IMG/VR virus record: IMGVR_UViG_3300045988_120248 | Span: 32,001-96,000 of that record | Length of the DNA stretch: 64,000 nt | Direction: 5' to 3' (one strand) | Origin: a virus | The notes under the pieces: model-generated | The model's database searches: none | Seen by the model: the letters and a program-made list of their open reading frames with translations, nothing else | What the model was told of the DNA's origin: nothing | Position numbers and translations under genes: made by a program | Shown here: one piece after another, positions 36,027 to 45,400 of the stretch | Layout of the letters: every line of letters begins with the position of its first letter | Position numbering within the stretch: the first letter of the stretch is position 1

Positions 36027-37039
36027 TGAGTTTATCACAGGCTGTGACGGAATATTTGACGAATACGACTGACCTGACGGCGGTCGCCGACGCGATCCGC
36101 GCGAAGGGCGGCACGGCTGCGCAGCTGGTGTACCCGGCGGGCTTTGTGTCGGCCATTCAGGCGATCCAGACCGGCGTTACGCCGCAGCTCATCGTCACGA
36201 CGAGCGCAGGCGCGGCGGTCACAGCCACGAAGGGCTCCAAAACCGTCAGCGGGACGGCGGGCACGGACGGCACGTGTACGCTGGAGCTCTCCGAGGCGGG
36301 CGAGTGGAGCGTGACGGCTTCGCTGAACGGCAACAGCAAAACGGAGTCGATCATGATCGGGACACAGACGCTGGATGTAAGTATTCTCTCTGATACATTT
36401 GCGGAGAACAGCTGGGCGCAGATCGCGGAGGCCTGCCAGACCGGGACTGTTCCGAGTACCTGGATCGTGGGCAACAGCAAGACCATGACCATCGGCGGAA
36501 CAGACTATCAGATCGATATCATCGGCAAGAACCACGACCCGTACGCAGACGGCTCCGGTACGGCTCCGCTGACATTCCAGATGCATGACTGCTATGCAAC
36601 AACCTATGCCATGAACGCCGCGAACACGAACGTAGGCGGATGGAAGGAGTGCGCAATGCGCAAAACGCATCTGCCTGCCATTCTGGCGCTCATGCCGGCG
36701 GAAGTCCAGACCGGCATCCGCGAGGTGAACAAGCTGACGTCGGCAGGCAACACGAGCGCCACCATCGAAACCACTGCGGACAAGCTGTTTCTGCTGAGCG
36801 AGGTCGAGGTTTTCGGAACCAACAGATTTTCCTATGCTGGCGAGGGAACACGGTACGCTTATTATCAGGCCGGAAACACAGCCACCAAAAATCGGAACGG
36901 CTCCTACCAGAAGTGGTGGACGCGGTCTCCGTACAAATCCGACGGAGAGAATTTCGGCACGTCTGCCTACCAGCCTGCAGAACCGGACACGAGTGGAGCC
37001 AACAACTCTAATGGCGTGGCCTTCGGCTTCTGCTTCTGA
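36026..37039 (+). CDS. Receptor-binding-type fibre protein
   Basis: N-terminus TDLTAVADAIRAKGGTAAQLVYPAGFVSAIQ. The C-terminus YQKWWTRSPYKS...GVAFGFCF resembles the WLRSP...GVRPAF class of surface/fibre domains. Confidence 0.45.
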   Translation: MSLSQAVTEYLTNTTDLTAVADAIRAKGGTAAQLVYPAGFVSAIQAIQTGVTPQLIVTTSAGAAVTATKGSKTVSGTAGTDGTCTLELSEAGEWSVTASLNGNSKTESIMIGTQTLDVSILSDTFAENSWAQIAEACQTGTVPSTWIVGNSKTMTIGGTDYQIDIIGKNHDPYADGSGTAPLTFQMHDCYATTYAMNAANTNVGGWKECAMRKTHLPAILALMPAEVQTGIREVNKLTSAGNTSATIETTADKLFLLSEVEVFGTNRFSYAGEGTRYAYYQAGNTATKNRNGSYQKWWTRSPYKSDGENFGTSAYQPAEPDTSGANNSNGVAFGFCF

Positions 37040-37050
37040 GGAGGGGAGAT

Positions 37051-37590
37051 ATGGGCATCTTAATCACAGACGGCAAGCTGCTGGCCGTGGACGGCAAGCT
37101 CACCACGGCGAACGCCGCCCCGTCCGGCGGCGGTCAAGATGAGACTGCGGAAGCGGCCTTGATTTCCGATGTTGGTACAAACTTCCCAGCGACGTACAAA
37201 AACACGGTTGCTACGAAAATTAGGAACGCATGTTTTAACAGCTACACAAAGCTGGTATCGGTTGAATTTCCGGCGGTTACGAGCGTCGGTGTGCAGGCGT
37301 TTCAGAATTGTACATCGTTGAAAAAGGCAGATTTTAGTGTGCTTACCAACATCAGTATATGGGCGTTTAACGTTTGTAGTGCATTGAAGGCGTTGATTAT
37401 ACGGACAAATTCTGTATGCACATTGGCTGGAACCAATGCGTTTGCAAATAATTCTGGAATATTGGCTGGCACAGGATATGTCTATGTTCCATCCGCACTC
37501 GTAGACAGTTACAAATCCGCAACCAACTGGTCAACATACGCCGACCAAATTCGATCCATAGAGGACTACCCGTCTATTACAGGAGGCTGA
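37051..37590 (+). CDS. BspA-type leucine-rich-repeat protein
   Basis: Repeats IRNACFNSYTKLVSVEFP / VGVQAFQNCTSLKKADF / ISIWAFNVCSALKALI / AGTNAFANNS. Confidence 0.55.
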   Translation: MGILITDGKLLAVDGKLTTANAAPSGGGQDETAEAALISDVGTNFPATYKNTVATKIRNACFNSYTKLVSVEFPAVTSVGVQAFQNCTSLKKADFSVLTNISIWAFNVCSALKALIIRTNSVCTLAGTNAFANNSGILAGTGYVYVPSALVDSYKSATNWSTYADQIRSIEDYPSITGG

Positions 37591-37594
37591 TAGC

Positions 37595-37828
37595 ATGATT
37601 GTAAGAGAATTCTATGCAACTCGTAGAGACGGTGTGGACTTGTATCATACATATTCGGACGCCGGATACATGATCCGGCAGACGCAGACCGGCACGGAAT
37701 ACGCCGAGGCCGTCGACGTGGCCGACGCGCCGTACACCTACACAGAGACGGAAACGCCGATTAAAACGCCGGAGATGACTACAGAAGAAATGCTGGCAGA
37801 ATTGGGGGCGGCCTATGACAACGGATAA
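37595..37828 (+). CDS. Hypothetical protein
   Basis: ORF track, 77 aa. Confidence 0.4.
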   Translation: MIVREFYATRRDGVDLYHTYSDAGYMIRQTQTGTEYAEAVDVADAPYTYTETETPIKTPEMTTEEMLAELGAAYDNG

Positions 37829-38141
37829 GCTGAATCAGATCAAGAAGTCCATCACGGATGGCCGGATGGTGGCGAGAGCTGGCGGCATTTCGGTGGCGGT
37901 GGAGCAGAGCGACAAACTCGGCTTTGACTGGCGCAACATCTACGTCAACGACATTCTCGTCCGGCAGGAGTACGTCGAGCAGGCGGTCAAGCGCGGCACG
38001 GCGGACAACCCCATTGCATGGGCCTCCGGCATGGCACTGATCCAGAACGCTTATTACACCCACAACGGCGAAACAAAGGTCTGGATGGGCGAGGCCGGGA
38101 AGAAAGCAAAGTGGACGGACGCGGCCTTCGTGCCGATCTGA
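37815..38141 (+). CDS. Hypothetical protein
   Basis: ORF track, 108 aa, overlapping the end of the previous gene. Confidence 0.4.
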   Translation: MTTDKLNQIKKSITDGRMVARAGGISVAVEQSDKLGFDWRNIYVNDILVRQEYVEQAVKRGTADNPIAWASGMALIQNAYYTHNGETKVWMGEAGKKAKWTDAAFVPI

Positions 38142-38303
38142 TAGCGCGGAAGGGAGAAAATCATGGACTTGCAGGATCTGAACATTGCAGTCGCGGAGAG
38201 GCCAGACGCGAAATGAAGAAAGGCTGAACTTACATGAGTACCATCATTGACACCCTCATCACCGACCGGACGCAGGCGGAATGGCAGCCACGTAGGAGGA
38301 AGT

Positions 38304-38477
38304 ATGCAAGGAACGTGTGAGTACGCATACAGAAAAAACGGTGATGTCAGCCTGCATTGCCGTTATCTGACGGAGAAAAAGGAACGGCACGACTGGTGCG
38401 CCCATCAGTATCTGTGTGCCAGAACGAAAAAATGGGAAGTTTCTTCTGAATCTTCCCACTGTAAAATCAAACCCTAG
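38304..38477 (+). CDS. Small Cys-rich protein
   Basis: AGGAGGAAGT precedes ATG 38304. 57 aa, beginning MQGTCEYAYRKNGDVSLHCRYL... Confidence 0.3.
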   Translation: MQGTCEYAYRKNGDVSLHCRYLTEKKERHDWCAHQYLCARTKKWEVSSESSHCKIKP

Positions 38478-38520
38478 CGTACACTGAAAAAACCATACAA
38501 CCGAAAGGAGCTGTGAGAGT

Positions 38521-39099
38521 ATGGGAAAGATTCAAATCACGAAGGAAAACCTCATTCGGATGCCGGACTATGTGCCGCTGCGTGAGAAGATGCAGTTTGT
38601 AAAGGAAGCAGCAGACCTCTGCTTTGACCGCATTGAGATAAAAATCGACGGTGGTCTGGATAGCATGCCGATGCCGCCGCTTTACAAGGAAAACACGGCA
38701 ATCAAAAGCCGCGTCCTCATGGCGGCATATGCCAAACTCTATCTCAGCGAGCCGTATGAGTTTGAAAAGAATCAGTGGCTTATGACAGAACCAGAATATG
38801 ACCGCTTTGCCTCAAGTCATATTATGAACCAGTTTGAACGACTGAAACGCTGCGACGGTGAGGTTCGCGATAAGGCGTTTGACGTGATTTCAGATATGCG
38901 TGACCTTGAGAAGCGCCTGAACACCGAAATATACGGCCTTACACAGGTCATGAACGAACCGGTAACGCGCATTATCATGGCAGTGCAGCAGCAGACCACT
39001 CCAGAGGCCGTCAGCGGCGCACTGAACGAGCTGAAGAATGCGCAAAAGGCATTCACCGACTACATGGAAACGCGGCAGAAACAGGCGGAGGAAGGCTGA
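38521..39099 (+). CDS. Hypothetical head-tail connector region protein
   Basis: ORF track, 192 aa, with AAAGGAG upstream. Confidence 0.45.
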   Translation: MGKIQITKENLIRMPDYVPLREKMQFVKEAADLCFDRIEIKIDGGLDSMPMPPLYKENTAIKSRVLMAAYAKLYLSEPYEFEKNQWLMTEPEYDRFASSHIMNQFERLKRCDGEVRDKAFDVISDMRDLEKRLNTEIYGLTQVMNEPVTRIIMAVQQQTTPEAVSGALNELKNAQKAFTDYMETRQKQAEEG

Positions 39100-39100
39100 T

Positions 39101-39784
39101 ATGGCAGTATCGGTCAATTCGGACTCTTATCCCTATGAAAGAATTCAGACGGGTTTCAACAGGCTTCGCGGCACTGAAGAAATCCCAATCAAGATTCTGA
39201 AGTACCTGATGGATTTGCCACTTCCGGGCTACACACCGAAGGACGATAACGACCGCGCCCGCGTGCGGCTGATGAAGTATCTGTGGTACGACGGCGCGCG
39301 TCCGCTGGCAAATCCGCTTCCAACTCCGCAAGAAAAGCTGTCCATGCTTTTTGACGGAGATAATCCAGTTCTGAACACAGCGGAAGACAAGAAGCGGCAC
39401 CCGAAGGGATACCGCATATACCCACAAAGAGTTTGGGGGCAGAGCGATACAGAAGCGGACACGATACTGAAACTCTATATGGGAAGAACCATTGCAAAAG
39501 ACAATTTCCATACGGTTCTCGGTTTGCAGTTTGAAATCCTTGTGAATGTCAACATGGAGAACACCACGCGGACAGACGCATATTCCAGAGCCTACAGTAT
39601 CGAGCAGTGCATCATCGAAGCACTTCACGGAGTGAACATTACCGGAATCGGGGTCATTGACTTCGACCGGTACGCACACACCGACAATGGAAGCAAGAGT
39701 ATATTCGACTACGGAAACCATATTGGCCGCATGCCGCATATGAGCGTGGAGTGGTGTGACTCCGAAATGGATATACCTGAATAG
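39101..39784 (+). CDS. Hypothetical head-tail connector region protein
   Basis: ATG 39101 lies 2 nt after the upstream stop. Product begins MAVSVNSDSYPYERIQ... Confidence 0.45.
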   Translation: MAVSVNSDSYPYERIQTGFNRLRGTEEIPIKILKYLMDLPLPGYTPKDDNDRARVRLMKYLWYDGARPLANPLPTPQEKLSMLFDGDNPVLNTAEDKKRHPKGYRIYPQRVWGQSDTEADTILKLYMGRTIAKDNFHTVLGLQFEILVNVNMENTTRTDAYSRAYSIEQCIIEALHGVNITGIGVIDFDRYAHTDNGSKSIFDYGNHIGRMPHMSVEWCDSEMDIPE

Positions 39785-39797
39785 AAAAATATTTGAC

Positions 39798-39874
39798 CCG
39801 TGCCGAAAGAGCGGCACGGAAGAACCAGAGAGGGTTATCGACACATTGAGCTGTGTCGGTAGCCCTCTTTTTTG
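39798..39874 (+). repeat. Conserved hairpin + terminator module, copy 2 of 3
   Basis: Hairpin CCGTGCCG-AAAGAG-CGGCACGG (39798-39819), then linker AAGAACCAG. Stem AGAGGGTTATCGACACA (39829-39845) pairs with TGTGTCGGTAGCCCTCT (39852-39868), followed by TTTTTT. Confidence 0.7.
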
Positions 39875-39909
39875 CTTAACACGGCAATCAGAAAGGCGGA
39901 AAAGAAAAC

Positions 39910-40743
39910 ATGCAAGACCTTTCTCCTGAGATGGCAAAGGCCGTTCGGCGATTCGAACCGATTGAAACCGAAGGCTTGACCCTATATCCAATCTGCGTCA
40001 AGGACATCGATAGATTTACGGTAGCTAGGCCGGCAATCGAGTTTATGCAGCAGAGTCTCCCTGTGGCGCTGCTGTCAAAGCCTCTCTTGCAGGCGTACTA
40101 CACGCTGGAACTTGACGCGGCAGTAAATGGACAGCCCGGAGGCGGACTTTTTTACAAGAGCATTCTGTTCCTTCTGCTTGCGCTGCGGGCAGGGGATGGG
40201 CTGCCAGATGAGCAACGGATGGAGCTTGTGAATTTCGAGCTGAAGGAAAATGACCCGACGCGGCTGAAAAGTGTGCTCATTTTTGTGAACGGGGAAGTGA
40301 AAAGGATAACCCCGATGCAATTCCAGCGCCTGCGACCGATTTTGGCTGCTCAGAACGGCATTGAGCTGCTGTCTGAGAATGCCAACCCTGAGTTGGTTCA
40401 GGCGGAACGCGACTTGGCGGAAATGAACGCACCGAAACTCCAATACCGCATAGATGCACTGAAAGCTACAGTTGCCACTTTATCTGGGGCAGATGAATCC
40501 GACATGGAAGAGTGGCCAATCTTGAAGCTTTTGCTGCGGCGAGATGCTGTGCAGCGGATTGTTGGGTACATCGTTTGCAGCGTTGCAGAGGCGCAGGGCG
40601 CGAAATGGAAGCATGGAAACCCGTACCCGAGCCCTCTGTACGACCGCGAAATCGACTATTGCGGCGGACTGATCGATATGTCCACGTTCGCCGGCGGAGC
40701 CGGTATGCGGGCTGTCCAAAATGCAGGAAACCAGACCACATAA
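39910..40743 (+). CDS. Hypothetical tail-region protein
   Basis: ORF track, 277 aa, with GAAAGGCGGA upstream. Confidence 0.45.
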   Translation: MQDLSPEMAKAVRRFEPIETEGLTLYPICVKDIDRFTVARPAIEFMQQSLPVALLSKPLLQAYYTLELDAAVNGQPGGGLFYKSILFLLLALRAGDGLPDEQRMELVNFELKENDPTRLKSVLIFVNGEVKRITPMQFQRLRPILAAQNGIELLSENANPELVQAERDLAEMNAPKLQYRIDALKATVATLSGADESDMEEWPILKLLLRRDAVQRIVGYIVCSVAEAQGAKWKHGNPYPSPLYDREIDYCGGLIDMSTFAGGAGMRAVQNAGNQTT

Positions 40744-40788
40744 CACACACAAACATCTTTTTGAAACGCACAAAGGAGTGACAAAAGA

Positions 40789-41919
40789 ATGATTCGTTTT
40801 ACTGATTCTCGCCTTTACGCAAAAGGCATTGGCGAAGCGATTTGTACCGATAAGACTACCGGACAGATCCTTTACTTCTCCAACAAGTTCCAGACCGGTA
40901 ACGTGACACCGAGCGTCACCATCGGCGAAATCCGCGCCGGCCTCGGAAACGCTATCGCTACTACGCTTCCGTCTGACGCTTCTGTCAACGTCGAGTTTAC
41001 GGCTGCCGACTTCAACCTGTGGGCCAAGGCTGCCCAGATGGGTGCGATGCTCCGTCACAACGCTCCGGTCATGGTTTGCCAGACCGTTACTGCGAACGGC
41101 ACGGCGCTTTCCATCGACATCACCGAGGGTACGCCTGTCGCACAGAAGGGCTTCTCCAAGATCTTCTGCTACGTGCAGGAAGTCGGCGCTCCGTCTCCCA
41201 TTGCAACTGGTGGCGTGTCTTATGACCTGAATCCCACTACCGGTGCAGTCACCGGCTTCACTGCGACGTCCGGCAAGACTTACAAGGTCTTCTACTTTGT
41301 CAACAAAGCCACTGCTCAGATCGCGACCATCACCACGGCGATGGACCCGAAGGTCGTTCACTTCATCGCGACCGTTGCGGTCTTCTCCACTGCTTCCGGC
41401 TCCGCGCAGAACGAGGGCACTCGCGTCGGTACGCTGTACATCATCATCCCGTCTCTGAAGTTCGGTGCGAACGGCGGCGTTACCGGCGATCAGACCAACA
41501 ACGACACCACGTCTCTGTCCGGTCAGGCAATCGCGTATGACCCGGATGTCATCACTGACGGCTGTGACGAATGCACCGGCGCAGGCAGCGACCTTGCGTA
41601 CTACATCTACCAGCCGTGCGGCTCCGGTGTTGAGGAAATCGAGGGTATCGTTGCCAGCATCGGCGGCATTTCTCTCCCTGCCTCTACCACCTACCAGATG
41701 CAGCCGCGTCTCGCCATGAAGAACGGTGAGCTCGTCAAGGGCGATGCTGCGACGTTCACCTACACCGCGACTGGCGCTCCGTCCGGTACGACTGTCGGCG
41801 AGAAGACCGGCCTGATTACCGCAGGCACGACCGCTGGCGATTTCACCATTGAAGTCAGCTACACGGCGGGTGAATCCACCTTTAAGGACACCTGCGAAGT
41901 AGAAGTCACCTCGACCTAA
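40789..41919 (+). CDS. Major tail (tube) protein with C-terminal Ig-like domain
   Basis: Position two genes before the tape measure, with a strong RBS. C-terminal GDFTIEVSYTAGESTFKDTCEVEVTST. Confidence 0.5.
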   Translation: MIRFTDSRLYAKGIGEAICTDKTTGQILYFSNKFQTGNVTPSVTIGEIRAGLGNAIATTLPSDASVNVEFTAADFNLWAKAAQMGAMLRHNAPVMVCQTVTANGTALSIDITEGTPVAQKGFSKIFCYVQEVGAPSPIATGGVSYDLNPTTGAVTGFTATSGKTYKVFYFVNKATAQIATITTAMDPKVVHFIATVAVFSTASGSAQNEGTRVGTLYIIIPSLKFGANGGVTGDQTNNDTTSLSGQAIAYDPDVITDGCDECTGAGSDLAYYIYQPCGSGVEEIEGIVASIGGISLPASTTYQMQPRLAMKNGELVKGDAATFTYTATGAPSGTTVGEKTGLITAGTTAGDFTIEVSYTAGESTFKDTCEVEVTST

Positions 41920-42029
41920 CCACAAACCATATCCCGGAGGGGAAAAATCCCTTCCGGGGAATGCGCAAACCTATCAATCAAGTGCAAGCGAAATGTTGGT
42001 GGGCTTGCGCATTTTTAGAGGTGCTTGAC

Positions 42030-42488
42030 ATGAGAGACATTGAAAAAATGCTTGCGAAAATTTCAAATCTAAACCCGGCAATCGAAAATGCACTCGAACA
42101 TGAAGTGGCGGATGAAGCGCGTCTCGCTATTAAAGATGCGGCGGAAGAAAGGGTGTACGAAGCATATAAGCCAAGGTTTTATAGCCGCAGAAAGGAAGAC
42201 GGAGGCTTAATCGACCCGAACAATATCCTTTGCCAGGTATCCGGCGACACACTCACCATATCCAACGTTACAGGGCTTCAAAATCTGTGGGGCGGCGATG
42301 ACGCAAGCTTACTGACACCAATCGTCGAAGACGGAGTTCCGGCCTACAATATGCAGAAAGCTGGCCCGCGTCCGTTTATGGATTATGCAAAAGAACTTCT
42401 GCTTGGCGGCAGAGCCGACGCCGCTCTCCGGCGAGGGCTTGAACGGCAGGGGATTGACACTACAGGTCTTACATTCATTTTTGAGTAG
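42030..42488 (+). CDS. Hypothetical protein between tube and tape measure (assembly-chaperone position)
   Basis: Internal ATG of ORF 41961..42488. I could not find a slippery site. Confidence 0.35.
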   Translation: MRDIEKMLAKISNLNPAIENALEHEVADEARLAIKDAAEERVYEAYKPRFYSRRKEDGGLIDPNNILCQVSGDTLTISNVTGLQNLWGGDDASLLTPIVEDGVPAYNMQKAGPRPFMDYAKELLLGGRADAALRRGLERQGIDTTGLTFIFE

Positions 42489-42499
42489 GGGTTGAAAGA

Positions 42500-45400
42500 A
42501 TGGCTGAAATTATTACTTTAACTGTAAAACAGGTTGGTGTTTCGGACGCGAGTAATGCGCTGAGGGACATCCTTAAAACAATCAACACAATCAACTCCAC
42601 TCCGGTAAAAATCACCGTTGATGCTTCGGGGCTGGATGCAATCAAACGATTTAACACCGCTGTGCAGACCGTTACGCAGAGCGCAGATGGACTGAGCGGA
42701 AAGTTTACGCGTATATGGGCAGGCGCGGCGGACGGCGCACCGACCCGAACGATTGAAACCGTCAACGAGGGCCTTGGCCGGACTACTGAGATTATTCGGA
42801 CTCTGGACGAAGAAACACAGCAGTACACGACGGTTCAGACGAAAGCTACCACCAACTACGATGAGATGGCGAAAGCGGCGCAGAAAGCCGCTGAAAAGGC
42901 CGAAAAGGCAGCGAAAGAACAGGCAAAAGAAACCGAGAACGCCGCATCCAAGGTCGATACACTCCGCAAAGGATTCGCCGACCTCGGCTTGCAGATGAAA
43001 TCCGCAGCAGAGAAATATCCAACCGGTACATTCTCTGAAATAGAATCAGACGCAAAGCAGGCAAGCGCCGCGCTGGAAGACCTGTATAGCAGTTGGAAGA
43101 GTGGAACTATCAGCGATCAGGAGTTTGTCGCTGGCGTAAAGGACGCTTCCGGTTCGCTCAAAAACCTGCGTGCAAACTATGCGCAGACCCGTAACGAGAC
43201 GGACAAGCTTACAAACTCCACCAACGTCCTTGGTGATACGTTCAGTCATATCGTCGGAAAAATTACCGTTTGGCAGGTCGTTAATGCGGCTGTTGCAAAG
43301 GTAAAGCGGTCGTTTACGGAAGCTATCGATACGATGAAGCAGGTCGATACGGAAATGACGGCCATCCAGAAGGTCACGGGCAACACTGCCGCCGAGATGG
43401 AGAAGCTTGGCGATGCAGCGTATGAGGCTGCGTCCAAGTACGGCGTTGCTGTCACTGACTATCTGGAATCCGTCGGCACTTTCGCAAAGGCCGGCTATAA
43501 GGATATGTCGGAAGATATGGCAGAGCTTGCAACGAAGACGCAGCTCGTCGGCGATGTGACTTCTGATATTGCGAACCAATTCCTCCTTTCTGCTGATGCT
43601 GCTTTCAAATTTGAAGGCAACGTTACAGCTCTGAATACCGTTCTCGACAAAGCCAATGAAATCGAGAACAACTATGCCACGTCCATTCAGAAGATGGCCG
43701 AAGGCTTCCCGATTGTTGCGAACGTCGCATCGATGGCGAATATGTCCATCGATGAACTGATGGCGGCGCTCGGCACAATCACGGCTGTCACACAGGAATC
43801 TGGCACGAAAGCATCGACAGCTCTGCGCGCCCTGATTCTGAACATCATCGGCGACACCGAGACGGAAATTGAAGACGGCGTTTCTTGGACAAAGGAAGAA
43901 ATCAACAGCCTCAATGACGCACTCTGGATTTACGCAGAAGACGCGATGAAAGCCGCGCAGGAATCTGGCAAAATCGTTGACCCCATGAAAGCCATTGCGG
44001 CTCTTTCTCAAGCATATAAGGACGGCCTTCTTTCCCAAGCAGAATTGGCTGAATTGGAATCCAAACTTGGCGGCAAACTCCGTACAAACCAGCTCGACGC
44101 GCTCATCACGAACTATGATATGTACGCGGAAATGCTGGACAAGGTAGCGAACTCCGCTGGCAGTGCCGACAAAGAAGTCGAAATTATGCTGACGAGCTGG
44201 GATGCCAAGGCAAAAATCCTCAACAACACATGGACGAAGTTCATCGCCGACACTGTTGATACGAAATGGGCAAAGGGGCTGCTTGACATGCTCACTTGGC
44301 TCATTGAAGGATTCGGGAATCTCGGAAACGCAATCCTTATTGTTGCCGGTATCTTGGCAACGATAAAGATGCCGTCAATCATCTCAACGTTCTCAAAGTT
44401 CGGAGCAGGAATTTCAGCTCTGGCTCAAAAATTTGTACTGCTTACTACCAACACGACGGCCTATAAACTGGTTACTGATGCCACTGTTACATCTGTAAGT
44501 GCGATGCAGGCAGCAATGGGCGCTCTGACAGCGGTTATTGCAATCGTCACTGTGGCCTATAACAAAATCAAAGCTGCACAGGAAGAAACACGACAGGCAG
44601 CTATCGACGCAGGAGAAGCCTCAACGACAGAAGCAAAAGAAATCGTATCTTTATATCAGAATTATGAAGACCTACGAAAAGCGGTTGAAGATGGCACGGG
44701 TTCAAAGACCGAGTTCATTGATGCTTCTGATAGACTGATTGACAAACTCGGAATCGAAAAGAGCAGCGTATACGATCTCAAGAAGGAACTTGGAGGGTTA
44801 AGCGGGGCATATAAAGAAGCTACTGCGGCAAAGATTGAGAGCGCATTGTATGATGCGAAATCCGCAACAGCTGCAGCAGAAAAAGGTCTTAGAACTGCAG
44901 CCGAAAAAGCATGGGGTTCAATGCTTGCAGATTCTGGGAACTTAAAAGACCCATCATCTATTCTTGCTGACTACCAAAGCTGGATTGACGCGCGAAATAA
45001 GATGATTGACGAGGGGGATACATCATCTATCGCGTACAAGGAAGCCGAAAGAGTAATTTCAGCATATAAGCAAGCCGTTGAAGAATACAACAAAGCTGTT
45101 GAAGATCAAACTTATTTGGAAGGTGCGCACAAGGCCGCACTAGACGGAACGCTTGATAGTTACCTGAAATCCGAAGAAGCTGTCAATGATTACTCGGATG
45201 CGCTAGATAATGCGGCGGAGACTGAAAAGACGACAGTCGAAACGCTCCAAGAATACGCAAAGACGCTCAAGCAGCAGGAAAGTGACCTGACAACCGCATC
45301 GCAGGCGCTTGCTGAGTACCAGCAAAACGGCCGAGTCTCTGCATCTACAATGAAGTCGCTGATTTCCATGAGCGATCAATATGTAAATGCGCTGACAGAC

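Noticed and set aside
36850-37039. Possible diversity-generating retroelement target (C-terminal WWTRSP...GVAFGFCF domain of the fibre protein)
   Set aside because: No reverse-transcriptase ORF (no YxDD-type motif) occurs anywhere in the window, and I saw no template-repeat copy of the 3' end of this gene. The fold class alone is not evidence of a DGR.
42030-42500. Programmed -1 frameshift (G/GT-type tail chaperone) between the tube and tape-measure genes
   Set aside because: Only one ORF occupies the gap, and I found no XXXYYYZ slippery heptamer followed by an extended overlapping frame.
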